Position numbers and translations under genes: made by a program. The notes below the pieces were generated by a model, which was not told the origin of the DNA, made no database searches, and was given only the letters and a program-made list of their open reading frames with translations. Positions 19,162 to 28,170 of a stretch of 64,000 bases of DNA are shown here, one piece after another; within the stretch, counting starts at the first letter, position 1, and each line of letters opens with the position of its first letter. The stretch comes from Dehalococcoidia bacterium. Lineage in GTDB: Bacteria; Chloroflexota; Dehalococcoidia; UBA2979. Location: the NCBI GenBank assembly GCA_963667465.2, contig CAXXDN010000002.1:1504001-1568000 (forward strand), read 5' to 3'.

Positions 19162-20402
19162 GCCTCGCCCGCCGGGGCGTCGCCATTCGTTTCGCGCGGC
19201 GGCCCGTCCGACTGCGCGATCACGCCGCCCTCGAGCAGCGGCGCGAGTTCGCCGGCGCCGAGTCCGAGCTCCTCGCCCAGCACCTCGACGGTGTGCTCGC
19301 CGAGCAGCGGCGCCGAGACGATCGGCACCTTGCTCTCCGACATGCGGGGCGGCCAGCCCATGAAGCGCAGCGTCCCCGCCTGCGGGTGCTCCGCCTCCTG
19401 CACGAAGCCGCGCGAGACGAGGTGCGGATCGTGGTGCAGATCGTAGGTGTCGAGGGTGGCGCCGGCCGGCACGTCACCATCGCCGAGGATCTGCATCGCC
19501 TCGTGCTTGGTGTACTGGCTGGTCCACTTCGTGATCTCCTCGCGCAGCTCCTCGGCGTGATCCAGCCGCGCCTGCTCGGTGGCGAAGCGCGGGTCGGTGA
19601 GCATGTCGGTGCGGTCGATCGCGGTGCAGAGTGTGTCCCACTGCCGCGTGGTGACGACCATCAGGTAGACGTAGTCGTTGGGGCCGAAGGGCTTGCAGGG
19701 GTAGAGGTCCGTGCCGGGACCGCTGCGGTTGCCGCGGCGCGGCGCGGCCGAGGCGCCCCACTCCGACCCGTTCGCGATGACCGTGCGCATGTAGTAGGTC
19801 ATCGCCTCCTGCATCGAGAGCTCGATGAACTGGCCCTCGCCGGTGCGCTGCCGCTGGACGAAGGCGGCCGTGATCGCGAGCGCCATCTGCATGCCGGTCC
19901 CCGCGTCGCCGATGGTGAGTCCGGGCCGGATCGGTGGTCCGTCCTCGAAACCGGTGACGGAGAAGGCGCCGCCCATCGCCTGGGCGACCATGTCGTAGGA
20001 CTTGAAGTGCGCGTAGGGGCCCTCGAGGCCGAAGCCCTTGATGCGCCCGTAGATGAGCGGGGGGTGCAGCTCGCGCAGCACCGGGTAGTCGATGTCCAGC
20101 TTCTCGATCACGCCCGGCCCGTAGTTTTCGACGAAGATGTCGAAGCGCGGCACCAGCTGCAGGAACAGCTCCCGGCCCTCGGGCTTGCTCAGGTCCATTG
20201 CGACGCTGCGCTTGTTCGAGTTCCAGTTGAGGAAGTAGGGGCGTGGATCGATGCCGCGTGCGACCCCGCGGCCGGGATCGCCCATGCCCGGCCGTTCGAG
20301 CTTGACGATGTCGGCTCCAAGCCAGGCGAGGGCCTGCGTGCAGGACGTGCCTGCCTCGTACTGAGTCATGTCCAGCACTCTCATGCCTTCGAGCGCGGGC
20401 AT
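19119..20402 (-). CDS. Class III CoA-transferase, formyl-CoA transferase (Frc)-like
   Basis: AGTSCTQALAWLGADIVK, NSNKRS, VENYGPG, TGFEDGPP..IGD, PRRGN; substrate not certain. Confidence 0.85.
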   Translation of the reverse strand: MPALEGMRVLDMTQYEAGTSCTQALAWLGADIVKLERPGMGDPGRGVARGIDPRPYFLNWNSNKRSVAMDLSKPEGRELFLQLVPRFDIFVENYGPGVIEKLDIDYPVLRELHPPLIYGRIKGFGLEGPYAHFKSYDMVAQAMGGAFSVTGFEDGPPIRPGLTIGDAGTGMQMALAITAAFVQRQRTGEGQFIELSMQEAMTYYMRTVIANGSEWGASAAPRRGNRSGPGTDLYPCKPFGPNDYVYLMVVTTRQWDTLCTAIDRTDMLTDPRFATEQARLDHAEELREEITKWTSQYTKHEAMQILGDGDVPAGATLDTYDLHHDPHLVSRGFVQEAEHPQAGTLRFMGWPPRMSESKVPIVSAPLLGEHTVEVLGEELGLGAGELAPLLEGGVIAQSDGPPRETNGDAPAGEAQEEARSAAASRSR

Positions 20403-20461
20403 GGTTGCCCCTTCCTGCGCGGGACTCGCCCGCGCGCGCAGCGTAGCCCGCCCTGGGCGGG

Positions 20462-20770
20462 CTACTGCTGGTCGAACACCTCTTGCGCGATGCGGACTGC
20501 GTTGGCGACAGTCGGCCAGCCGGCGTAGAAGGCGACGTGCGTCAGCAGCTCGCCGATCTCTTCCTTGCTCAGCCCGTTGTCGAGGGCGCGCTGGAAGTGC
20601 CCGGGCAGCTGCCCCGTGCGGTACAGCGCCACCAGCACCGAGACGGTGATCAGGCTGCGATCGCGCTTCGAGAGTTCCGGCCGCTCCCAGATCTCCCCAA
20701 ACACCAGCTCGTCCGTAATCTTGCGCAGGTGTGGCGCTACCTCAGCCATCGCGTCGCGCGACGTGGTCAT
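20462..20770 (-). CDS. Carboxymuconolactone decarboxylase family protein
   Basis: FGEIWERPELSKRDRSLITV...HVAFYAGWP. Confidence 0.9.
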   Translation of the reverse strand: MTTSRDAMAEVAPHLRKITDELVFGEIWERPELSKRDRSLITVSVLVALYRTGQLPGHFQRALDNGLSKEEIGELLTHVAFYAGWPTVANAVRIAQEVFDQQ

Positions 20771-20854
20771 TGGCGGTCTCCCCTCGTGCTCCGGTTGCGG
20801 CGAGGATACTCCCCGCGTCGAGGCGCGGGGGCGCGACCGGCCTCGGACGCCCGC

Positions 20855-21742
20855 TCAGGCCGACGGAGCGACACCGCACTCGCGCGCCACCGCCTCCTGG
20901 TACGCTTCGATCAGGGCGCGCGTGAGCGGGCCCGGCGCAGCGAACTCGTAGCGGCGATCGCCGTCGCGCAGCTCGGCGAGCGGCTGCACACCGACGATGC
21001 TGTTGGTCAGCAGCGCCTCGCGCGCCGCAAGCAGCTCCGCGAGCGGCAACCGCCGCTCCGCGGTCTCGAGGCCGAGCCCGCGCGCGCACTCCAGCACGGC
21101 CTCGCGCGTGACGCCGGGCAGCGCCCCCGCCTCGAGCGGCGGTGTGACCAGCACACCCCCTTCGCCGTCCTCCCCGGCGAGCACGGCGAAGACGTTGGCG
21201 GTCGAGGCCTCGACGACGTCGCCGTCGAGGTTGAGCAGCAGCGCCTGGTCCAGCCCGGCGCGCCGCGCCTCCTCGAGAGCGAGCAGCGGTCCGAGGTAGC
21301 TCACGGTCTTCGCGAACGGCAGCGGACGGTCCGCCGTCACGCGCGCGCCTCGCGCGACGAGCGCACGCGAGGGAGCGACGGCTTCCGGGACCGGCTGCGC
21401 CGTCACGAGCACCAGCGGCTCCCCCGCAGGCTCGAGGCCGGGCCGCGCGCCGCCGGAGCCGGCGCTCACCGTGAGACGCACGCGCGCCTCGGGCAGGGCG
21501 TTCGCCTCCAGCGTCTCGGCGATCGCGGTCTGCAGCACGTCGCGCGGCGGCGGCTCCACTCCCATCGCCCGCAGGCCCGCCTCGAGGCGATCGAGGTGGC
21601 GGCCCAGCCGGAACACGGCGCCGCCAAGGGCGCGCAACGTCTCGAAGCAGGCCGCGCCGTAGAGGAAGCCGCGATCGTCGATCGGCACGCTCGCCTCGGA
21701 GCGCGGCAGCAGCTCGCCGTTCAGCCAGACGTAGCCGGACAC
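20855..21742 (-). CDS. Aminotransferase class IV, probable 4-amino-4-deoxychorismate lyase
   Basis: DRGFLYG..FET, HLDRL, KTVSY (PLP Lys), LPGVTR, TNS; directly downstream of pabB. Confidence 0.85.
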   Translation of the reverse strand: MSGYVWLNGELLPRSEASVPIDDRGFLYGAACFETLRALGGAVFRLGRHLDRLEAGLRAMGVEPPPRDVLQTAIAETLEANALPEARVRLTVSAGSGGARPGLEPAGEPLVLVTAQPVPEAVAPSRALVARGARVTADRPLPFAKTVSYLGPLLALEEARRAGLDQALLLNLDGDVVEASTANVFAVLAGEDGEGGVLVTPPLEAGALPGVTREAVLECARGLGLETAERRLPLAELLAAREALLTNSIVGVQPLAELRDGDRRYEFAAPGPLTRALIEAYQEAVARECGVAPSA

Positions 21743-21744
21743 GC

Positions 21745-23271
21745 TCAGCGTACGCCCGCGACGGCGCCCGCCGGAGTACGCCGCTGCGGCGCCGGCTCCT
21801 CGGGCAACACCTCGTCCGGCAGCAGCACGCCCAGCGCCCGCGCCATGCCGCGCGCCTTGTCCAGCGTCTCGAGGTACTCGGCCTCGACGGCGGAGTCGTG
21901 CACGATCGCGCCGCCGGCGTGCGCGTAGGCGTGGCCGCGCGCGACGGTGATCGTGCGGATCGCCACGTTGAGGTCGCTGCGGCCATGCGCGGAGAAGTAG
22001 CCGATCGCGCCCGTGTAGACCCCTCGCACCGTCGGCTCCAGTTCGTCGATGATCTCGAGCGCGCGGATCTTCGGCGCGCCGCTGATCGACCCGCCCGGCA
22101 GCATCGCCCGCAGCGTCGCATCGAGGCCCACGCCGCGCCGCCTGCTCGCCGTCACCGACGAGGTCAGGTGGTGCACGTGCGAGTAGGACTCCAGCCGTGC
22201 GAGCTGCGGCACGGCGACGCTGCCGACCTCGGCGATCCGCCCGAGGTCGTTGCGTTCGAGGTCGACGATCATCACGTGCTCGGCGGCATCCTTGGCGCTC
22301 GCGCGCAGCTCGGCGGCCAGGCGGGCGTCCTCTGCGGCGTCGCGGCCACGCGGGCGGGTGCCCTTGATCGGCCGCGTCTCCAGGCGCTCCCCGTCAACCA
22401 GCAGCAGCCGCTCCGGCGACGACGAGAGCACCTCGATACCCCCGTCGGCGCCTCCGGTCGCATCGAGGTAGGCGGCGAAGGGCGCGGGGCTGGCGCGCCG
22501 CAGCCGCCGGTAGGCCTCGAAGCCGGGGACCGGCAGCGGCGCGCAGAAGCGCTGCGAGAGGTTGACCTGGTAGATGTCGCCGGCGGCGATGTAGCGTCGC
22601 GCCGCCTCGGCGCGCTCCAGGTACTCGCCGCGCTCCATGTTCGGCTCGAAGCGCGCGAGGCGGCCCGAACCGTCGGCAAGCGGCGCGCACGCCTCCGCGT
22701 CCGCGACATCCGCAAGCCACCCTGCGTCCTCGATGCAGGCGAGATCGGCGCGCAGCGCGGCGACGGCCTGTGGCGCGCCGCTGAGCCAGCCGCGCCGCTC
22801 GATCGCGTCCCAGAGCAGGGCGGCGTCGTACCAGCCGAGCGCGAGGTCGGGCGCGCCGACGTCGTCGAGGGTCGTCGCGGGCAGACGCTCGATGTGCCGC
22901 GCCAGCTCGAATCCGAGGTAGCCGATCGCGCCCCCGGCGAAGGGCAGCGCGGCGCGCGCGGCCGAGGCGCCCGCGACAGCCTCCCACTCGCGCTGTCCGG
23001 TCTCGATCGCCCGGGCGGCGACGGCGATCGGATCGCCCTCGAACTCCTCGACGCGGTCCGGGGAGGCGCGGCGGATGAGGCGACCACGGGCGCTCAGTGT
23101 CCAGCGCGGCCGCGCCGCGAGGATCGACCAGCGCCCGCGCAGCGGGTGCGGGAGCGCGGAGTCCAGCCAGGCGAGACCCGGCACGTGCCGCAGCGCCAGC
23201 GCGGCGCGCTCCAGCGCGTCACCGCCCGGCGGCGGTGTCCACGCCTCGATCGTCCAGCCTCGCTGCCGCAC
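21745..23271 (-). CDS. pabB: Aminodeoxychorismate synthase component I
   Basis: GDIYQVNLSQR, SSPERL, TRPIKGTRPR, EHVMIVDLERNDLG, GSISGAPK, NVAIRT; start approximate (GTG 23271). Confidence 0.85.
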   Translation of the reverse strand: MRQRGWTIEAWTPPPGGDALERAALALRHVPGLAWLDSALPHPLRGRWSILAARPRWTLSARGRLIRRASPDRVEEFEGDPIAVAARAIETGQREWEAVAGASAARAALPFAGGAIGYLGFELARHIERLPATTLDDVGAPDLALGWYDAALLWDAIERRGWLSGAPQAVAALRADLACIEDAGWLADVADAEACAPLADGSGRLARFEPNMERGEYLERAEAARRYIAAGDIYQVNLSQRFCAPLPVPGFEAYRRLRRASPAPFAAYLDATGGADGGIEVLSSSPERLLLVDGERLETRPIKGTRPRGRDAAEDARLAAELRASAKDAAEHVMIVDLERNDLGRIAEVGSVAVPQLARLESYSHVHHLTSSVTASRRRGVGLDATLRAMLPGGSISGAPKIRALEIIDELEPTVRGVYTGAIGYFSAHGRSDLNVAIRTITVARGHAYAHAGGAIVHDSAVEAEYLETLDKARGMARALGVLLPDEVLPEEPAPQRRTPAGAVAGVR

Positions 23272-23366
23272 GGCGCTGCCCTGCCCTATCCTCGGGGATG
23301 CGGCGATTGTACGACCGCGCGGCGGCAGGAACGCGCGCCCGCGCAGCGGCACCACGAGGGACGTCC

Positions 23367-23768
23367 ATGCTGACGCGCGAAGTCCTGAGCGCCTGGGCCA
23401 CGCTCGGCGTGCTGATCGCCGGGGCGCTGGTCCTCGCCGCCACGCTGCTACCGACAGGCGGCGCGCTGTCCGGCTGCCCGCTGGGCATGCCCTGCGCGGT
23501 CTGGCACGCGCTGCTCTTCGCGCTGCTCGGCGTGCCGGTGGCGCTGCGCTATGCCACCAGCCGGGCGGCGACGCGATCGCCGGTGCGCGTACTTGCGATG
23601 GTGCTGCTCGCGATCTGGATCTTCGCCGCCGTCACGGAGCTGGCACAGGGCCCGATCGAAGGGCGCGAGCCGTCGCTCGGCGACTGGATCGCGGACATGG
23701 TGGGTGCGCTGATCGGTCTGGCGGTGGGCAGCCTGCTGCTGCGCCTCGCCCTCAGGCGCTCGCGCTAG
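23367..23768 (+). CDS. VanZ-like membrane protein
   Basis: HALLFALLG, ELAQGPIEGREPSLGDWIADMVG; ATG at 23367. Confidence 0.75.
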   Translation: MLTREVLSAWATLGVLIAGALVLAATLLPTGGALSGCPLGMPCAVWHALLFALLGVPVALRYATSRAATRSPVRVLAMVLLAIWIFAAVTELAQGPIEGREPSLGDWIADMVGALIGLAVGSLLLRLALRRSR

Positions 23769-24442
23769 GCCGAGGCGCGCGCGGCGGCCGATTCCGGCTC
23801 GCCGGCCGCGTCCGACTCGAGGCTCAGGTGGTACGTCATGCTCTGCAGTGAAAGCAGCGGGTCGATGCGCCGGATGCGCACGCCGCGCGGCACCTGCACC
23901 GTGATCGGCGCGTAGTTGAGGATCGAGCGCACGCCAGCACGCACGAGGGCGTCGATTACCTCCTGCGCGGCCTCCGCGGGCACGGCGACGATGCCAATGT
24001 CCGCCGACTCCGCGCACAGCGAGGACTCCATTTCGCGCACGTCGCGCACGGTGATTCCGCCGACCTCGCCGCCGATCTCCTCCTCGCTGGCGTCGTAGAC
24101 GCCGACGAGGTCGAAACCATCCGGCCCGAAGCCCTGGTACGAGGCGATCGCGCGCCCGAGGCGGCCCACGCCCACCAGCAACATGCGCCAGCGGCGGTTC
24201 AGCCCGAGGATCAGCCGCAGCTCCTCGACGAGCCGCACGACCGAGTACCCGCTGCCCTGCTTCCCGAAGCGCCCGAAGTAGGCGAGGTCCTTGCGGATCT
24301 GCGCGGGCGTCACGCCGAGCGCGTCTCCCAGCTCCTGCGAGGAGACCGTCGAGCGCCCTTCCGCGTCCATGCGGGCAAGCCAGCGGTAGTAGATGGGGAG
24401 GCGGTCGATGACCACCTCGGGGATGTCAGCCGGTAGCGGCAA
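23765..24442 (-). CDS. rex: Redox-sensing transcriptional repressor Rex
   Basis: RLPIYYR, SSQELG, QIRKDLAYFGRFGKQGSGY, GVGRLG, ILNYAP. Confidence 0.95.
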   Translation of the reverse strand: MPLPADIPEVVIDRLPIYYRWLARMDAEGRSTVSSQELGDALGVTPAQIRKDLAYFGRFGKQGSGYSVVRLVEELRLILGLNRRWRMLLVGVGRLGRAIASYQGFGPDGFDLVGVYDASEEEIGGEVGGITVRDVREMESSLCAESADIGIVAVPAEAAQEVIDALVRAGVRSILNYAPITVQVPRGVRIRRIDPLLSLQSMTYHLSLESDAAGEPESAAARASA

Positions 24443-24576
24443 CGCAACCCTCCACTGAGTATTCGAGTATTACAGGCGTATCGGTTCCGAACCCGATCCG
24501 TATTGGGAAGGCTTGCACAAGCGCGCACTAGCGTCCAGCGAAAGCGATTCCCGGACGGCGCTGCTAGCATCGACTC

Positions 24577-25329
24577 GTGACCAGCCCCGCCCCCCCGACG
24601 AACGACCACGATTCCAGCCGCCCGGCGGGCGCGGACCCTGCCTCGACGGCCTTCGTCGAGCTCCCCGGCGGCGCGTTCCGCATGGGCTCGCCGCTGCGCC
24701 CCGACGAGCAGCCGCTCCGCGTGGTGCGCCTCGATCCGTTCGCCGTCGCCGTCACGCCCGTGACGAACGCCGCGTACGCCGCCTTCCTCGAAGCCACCGG
24801 CCACGAGGCCCCGCGCTTCCGGGACGACCCGCGCTTCAATGCGCCCGGCTGCCCGGTGGTCGGCGTCTCCTGGTTCGACGCGGTCGTCTACTGTGAGTGG
24901 CTCGGCAGTGTCCTCGGACGTCGCTGCCGCCTGCCGACCGAGGCGGAACGCGAGTACGCCGCGCGCGGAGGCGTCGAGGGCGTGCGCTTCCCCTGGGGCG
25001 ACGAGCCCTGGGAGGAGGGGCCGTTCGCCCTCGGCGCGGCGGGGATGGACCGCCCGCAGCCGGTCGGCTCCTCGCCGCCGAACGGCTTTGGCCTGTACCA
25101 CATGGCGGAGAACGTGCACGAGTGGTGCAGTGACTGGTACGCCGCCGGCTACGACGCCGAGGCCCTCGACAACCCGCGCGGGCCTGTCGAGGGCCAGCGC
25201 CGTGCCTCGCGAGGCGGATCGTGGCGGCATCGGGTGAAGGTCACGCGGATCGCCGCGCGCTCCTCGCTGGCTCCCGAGCGGCGCTACAACGACTACGGCT
25301 TCCGCGTCTACGCCGACATCGAGGATTGA
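24577..25329 (+). CDS. FGE/SUMF1-fold protein lacking the catalytic Cys pair
   Basis: FRMGS, PVTNAAY, RLPTEAEREYAARGG, NGFGLYHMAENVHEW, RGGSW, GFR. Confidence 0.88.
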   Translation: MTSPAPPTNDHDSSRPAGADPASTAFVELPGGAFRMGSPLRPDEQPLRVVRLDPFAVAVTPVTNAAYAAFLEATGHEAPRFRDDPRFNAPGCPVVGVSWFDAVVYCEWLGSVLGRRCRLPTEAEREYAARGGVEGVRFPWGDEPWEEGPFALGAAGMDRPQPVGSSPPNGFGLYHMAENVHEWCSDWYAAGYDAEALDNPRGPVEGQRRASRGGSWRHRVKVTRIAARSSLAPERRYNDYGFRVYADIED

Positions 25330-25353
25330 GGCGCGGGGCGGCGCGCCGCCCCG

Positions 25354-26388
25354 CTACGGCGTATCGGCGATCAGCGATTCTTCCTCGGTGGGGATGCTGC
25401 GCGCGATCACATCGAGGTAGTCCAGCGCCACGCCCGCGCCGCGCGCGACGCAGCGGTCCGGCTCGTCGGCGACGTGCACCGGCACGCCGACCTCATGCAT
25501 CAACAGCGAGTCCAGGTGGCGCAGACGCGCACCACCGCCGGTCAGCACGACGCCGTGATCGATCACGTCCGCGGCCAGCTCGGGCGGGGTGCGCTCCAGC
25601 ACGGAGCGCACGGTCTGCACGATGCTGTCGAGGTGCTCCTGGATCGCCTGCGTCACCTCGGACGAGCGCACCGTCACGGTGCGCGGCAGGCCCGTGATCT
25701 GATCGCGGCCGCGCACCGCTGCGGTCTCCTCGTCCTCGAGCGGGATTGCCGAGCCGATGGCGATCTTCAATTCCTCGGCGGAGCGCTCGCCGATCGCCAG
25801 GTTATGTCGTCTCCGGACATAGAGCGCGACCGCCTCGTTCAAACGATCGCCCGCCACGCGGATCGACTCGGCGGCGACGATCCCGAACATCGAGATCACG
25901 GCGGCCTCCGCCCTGCCGCCGCCGATGTTGAGCAGCATGTGCCCGCGAGGCGAGCCGACGGGAATCTCGGCGCCGATCGCCGCGGCCAGCGGCTCCGGGA
26001 TGAGGTGCGCCGGACGGCGGCTGCCCGCCGCCTCGGCCGCGTCGCGCACCGCGCGCTGCTCGACGCGGGTCACGCCGTACGGCGTGGAGACCATCACCTC
26101 CGGACGGACGATCCGGAGGCGGCCCATCACCTCGCCGATGAGGTAGCGCAGCAGCGCCTCGGTAATCAGGTAGTCGGCGATGGCGCCATCGCGCATCGGC
26201 CGGATCACGCGGATCGTGCCGGGGTGGCGGCCGATCATCTCGTAGGCCTCCCGGCCGACGGCGGCAACCGCGTTCTCGCGCTCGGTCAGCGCAACGACGG
26301 CGGGTTCTTCCAGCACGATGCCGCGCCCCCGCTCGGAGACGAGTACGCGTGCCGTACCGAGATCGATGCCGAGTCGTCTGGTGAACAT
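25354..26388 (-). CDS. mreB: Rod shape-determining actin-like protein (MreB/Mbl family)
   Basis: GIDLGT, EPAVVA, EPLAAAIGA, PPELAAD, LTGGGA. Confidence 0.92.
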   Translation of the reverse strand: MFTRRLGIDLGTARVLVSERGRGIVLEEPAVVALTERENAVAAVGREAYEMIGRHPGTIRVIRPMRDGAIADYLITEALLRYLIGEVMGRLRIVRPEVMVSTPYGVTRVEQRAVRDAAEAAGSRRPAHLIPEPLAAAIGAEIPVGSPRGHMLLNIGGGRAEAAVISMFGIVAAESIRVAGDRLNEAVALYVRRRHNLAIGERSAEELKIAIGSAIPLEDEETAAVRGRDQITGLPRTVTVRSSEVTQAIQEHLDSIVQTVRSVLERTPPELAADVIDHGVVLTGGGARLRHLDSLLMHEVGVPVHVADEPDRCVARGAGVALDYLDVIARSIPTEEESLIADTP

Positions 26389-26444
26389 TCGCCGGAAGTC
26401 TGCGCCCCTGCCTGCTGAGGCGCCGCCGCCTCCGGCTTTCGACC

Positions 26445-27701
26445 TTAGCGCCTGAACACCGTCGCGCCTAGCGCGGTCAGCCGCTCCTCGATGCGTGGAT
26501 AGCCGCGATCGAGATGCACGAGGTCGCGCACGATCGTCTCGTCGCTGGCGCAGAGCCCGCCGATCACGACCGCCGCGGCCGCCCGCACGTCGAGCGCCCG
26601 CACCGCGCCGCCGACAAGCGGCGTCGGCCCCTCGATGATTACGGACTGGCCTCCCGCGGTCATCCGCGCGCCCATCGCGCGCAACTCGCCGAGGTAGAGC
26701 AGGCGGTTCTCGAAGACGCGCTCATGGATCGTGGAGACACCCTCGGCCTGGGTCAGGGCCGCCGCCATCGGTGCGTGCAGATCCGTCGGGAAGCCGGGGT
26801 ACGGCACGGCCTGGAGCTGCACCGCGCGCAGCGGCACGCCGTCCGAAGGCGCGCACGCGCGCACGTACTGCGGCGCGACCTCGACGCCCGCACCGGCCTC
26901 GCTGAGCTTCGTCAGCAGCGAGTCCAGGTGGTCGGCGCGTGCGCCCTCGATGGCGACGTCGCCGCCCGTGGCGACTCCGGCCAGCAGGTAGGTGCCGCTC
27001 TCGATCCGGTCGGGGATGATCGTGAAGTCGACGCCGTGCAGGCGCTCGACGCCCTCGACGGTGATCGTGTTCGAGCCGTGCCCGCTGATGCGCGCGCCCA
27101 TCGCGGCGAGCATCTCGGCGGCCATCGCCACCTCGGGCTCGGCCGCGGCGTTCACGATCACGGTCTCGCCCTCGGCAAGCGCGGCGGCGAACAGCACGTT
27201 CACGGTGCCGAGCACGCTCGGGTAGTCGAGGAAGATGCGCGCCCCGCGCAGGCGGCCGCGCGCGATGAAGTTCTGCCCCTCGCGGCGCACGTCCGCGCCC
27301 AGCGCACGGAAGCCGGCGAGGTGCACATCGAGCGGCCGGACGCCGATCACGTCGCCACCCGGCGACGGGGAGGCGGCCTCGCCGAAGCGGGCGAGCAGCG
27401 GCCCCATCACCAGGAACGAGGCGCGCAGCGCGATCGCGAGGTCCTGCGGCGCAACGGTCTCGGTCACGCCCGAGGCGTCGATCGAGACGTTGCCGCCATC
27501 GACCTCGAACGTTGCGCCGAGGGCGCGCAGGACGCGGCCCATGCCCTCGATGTCAGCGATCTCGGGGACGTTGTGCAGGGTGACGGGATCGGAGGTGAGC
27601 AGCGGCGCGGCGAGGGCGTAAAGCGCGGCGTTCTTGGAGCCGGACGCGGGGAGGCGTCCGCTCAGCGCCTGCCCACCGTGAATGACGAGCTGCTCACTCA
27701 T
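26445..27701 (-). CDS. murA: UDP-N-acetylglucosamine 1-carboxyvinyltransferase, Asp-type
   Basis: SGSKNAAL, RASFLVMGPLLARFG, PGGDVIGVRPLDVH, PDRIE, PYPGFPTD, DRGY; ATG at 27701 with GGAGG RBS. Confidence 0.95.
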   Translation of the reverse strand: MSEQLVIHGGQALSGRLPASGSKNAALYALAAPLLTSDPVTLHNVPEIADIEGMGRVLRALGATFEVDGGNVSIDASGVTETVAPQDLAIALRASFLVMGPLLARFGEAASPSPGGDVIGVRPLDVHLAGFRALGADVRREGQNFIARGRLRGARIFLDYPSVLGTVNVLFAAALAEGETVIVNAAAEPEVAMAAEMLAAMGARISGHGSNTITVEGVERLHGVDFTIIPDRIESGTYLLAGVATGGDVAIEGARADHLDSLLTKLSEAGAGVEVAPQYVRACAPSDGVPLRAVQLQAVPYPGFPTDLHAPMAAALTQAEGVSTIHERVFENRLLYLGELRAMGARMTAGGQSVIIEGPTPLVGGAVRALDVRAAAAVVIGGLCASDETIVRDLVHLDRGYPRIEERLTALGATVFRR

Positions 27702-27723
27702 GGGGCCTCCGGCCCCCGCCAGC

Positions 27724-28130
27724 ACCAAGGATACGACGCATCCCGCCCGGCCCGCGAGGCGCAAGAGTGTGGGACACAACGCGCCTCTCGACGTAGCCAC
27801 GCCCGAAGGCTCTCGCCTAACCGCCCTGACAGCTCCCGCAGCAACCAACCGATCGGGACACGAGTGGCCGCGGGCGAGCCCCCTCACCCCAACCCTCTCC
27901 CCCAGGAGAGGGAGCCGGAGGCCGAGCCCGTCCCCCTCCCAACCCTCTCCCCGGGAGAGAGAGCAGAGGGCGGGTCCGGTCCCCTCTCCCCTCGCGGGAG
28001 AGGGCGGAGGGTGAGGGGGAGCGGGCGCAGCCCGCCTCGCACGCCGGGGACGCACCAACCGAGAGCGCAACAACCCATTGAGGGCGGCGCCGGCCGGGCA
28101 CGCGGACGGGAACATCTTCACCTTCCTGGT
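27724..28130 (-). ncRNA. Candidate ~400-nt structured RNA of unknown family
   Basis: Nested complementarity between the two ends of the atpC-murA spacer; G-U pairs favour the minus strand; folded by eye only. Confidence 0.5.
27879..28019. repeat. Cluster of three REP-like palindromic units (CCCTCTCCC...GGAGAGGG)
   Basis: ccccctcaccccaaccctctcccccaggagaggg, ccccctcccaaccctctccccgggagagag, cccctctcccctcgcgggagagggcggagggtgaggggg; bounded by 11-bp inverted ends ccccctcaccc/gggtgaggggg. Confidence 0.85.
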
Positions 28131-28170
28131 AGGGCGGCGAGGCGGGCATGAACGTCGCGGTCCGGAGGGA

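Noticed and set aside
20462-20770. CMD/AhpD-like protein as a second selenoprotein
   Set aside because: No CxxC or CxxU motif and no in-frame TGA; it ends in TAG at normal family length
24513-24530. Possible Rex autoregulatory site TTGCACAAGCGCGCACTA
   Set aside because: Too many mismatches to the consensus to support by eye
27724-28130. Assignment of the atpC-murA spacer to RNase P RNA, tmRNA, glmS ribozyme, OLE RNA or a group II intron
   Set aside because: No GAGGAAAGTCC, tRNA-like ends, glmS core, OLE 3' motifs or intron domain V seen; only weak short resemblances to 6S RNA, so left unassigned
27817-28149. Small ORFs in the spacer and the 140-aa N-terminal extension of MurA (start 28121)
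   Set aside because: They are translations of the palindromic repeat; MurA homology and an RBS start at 27701
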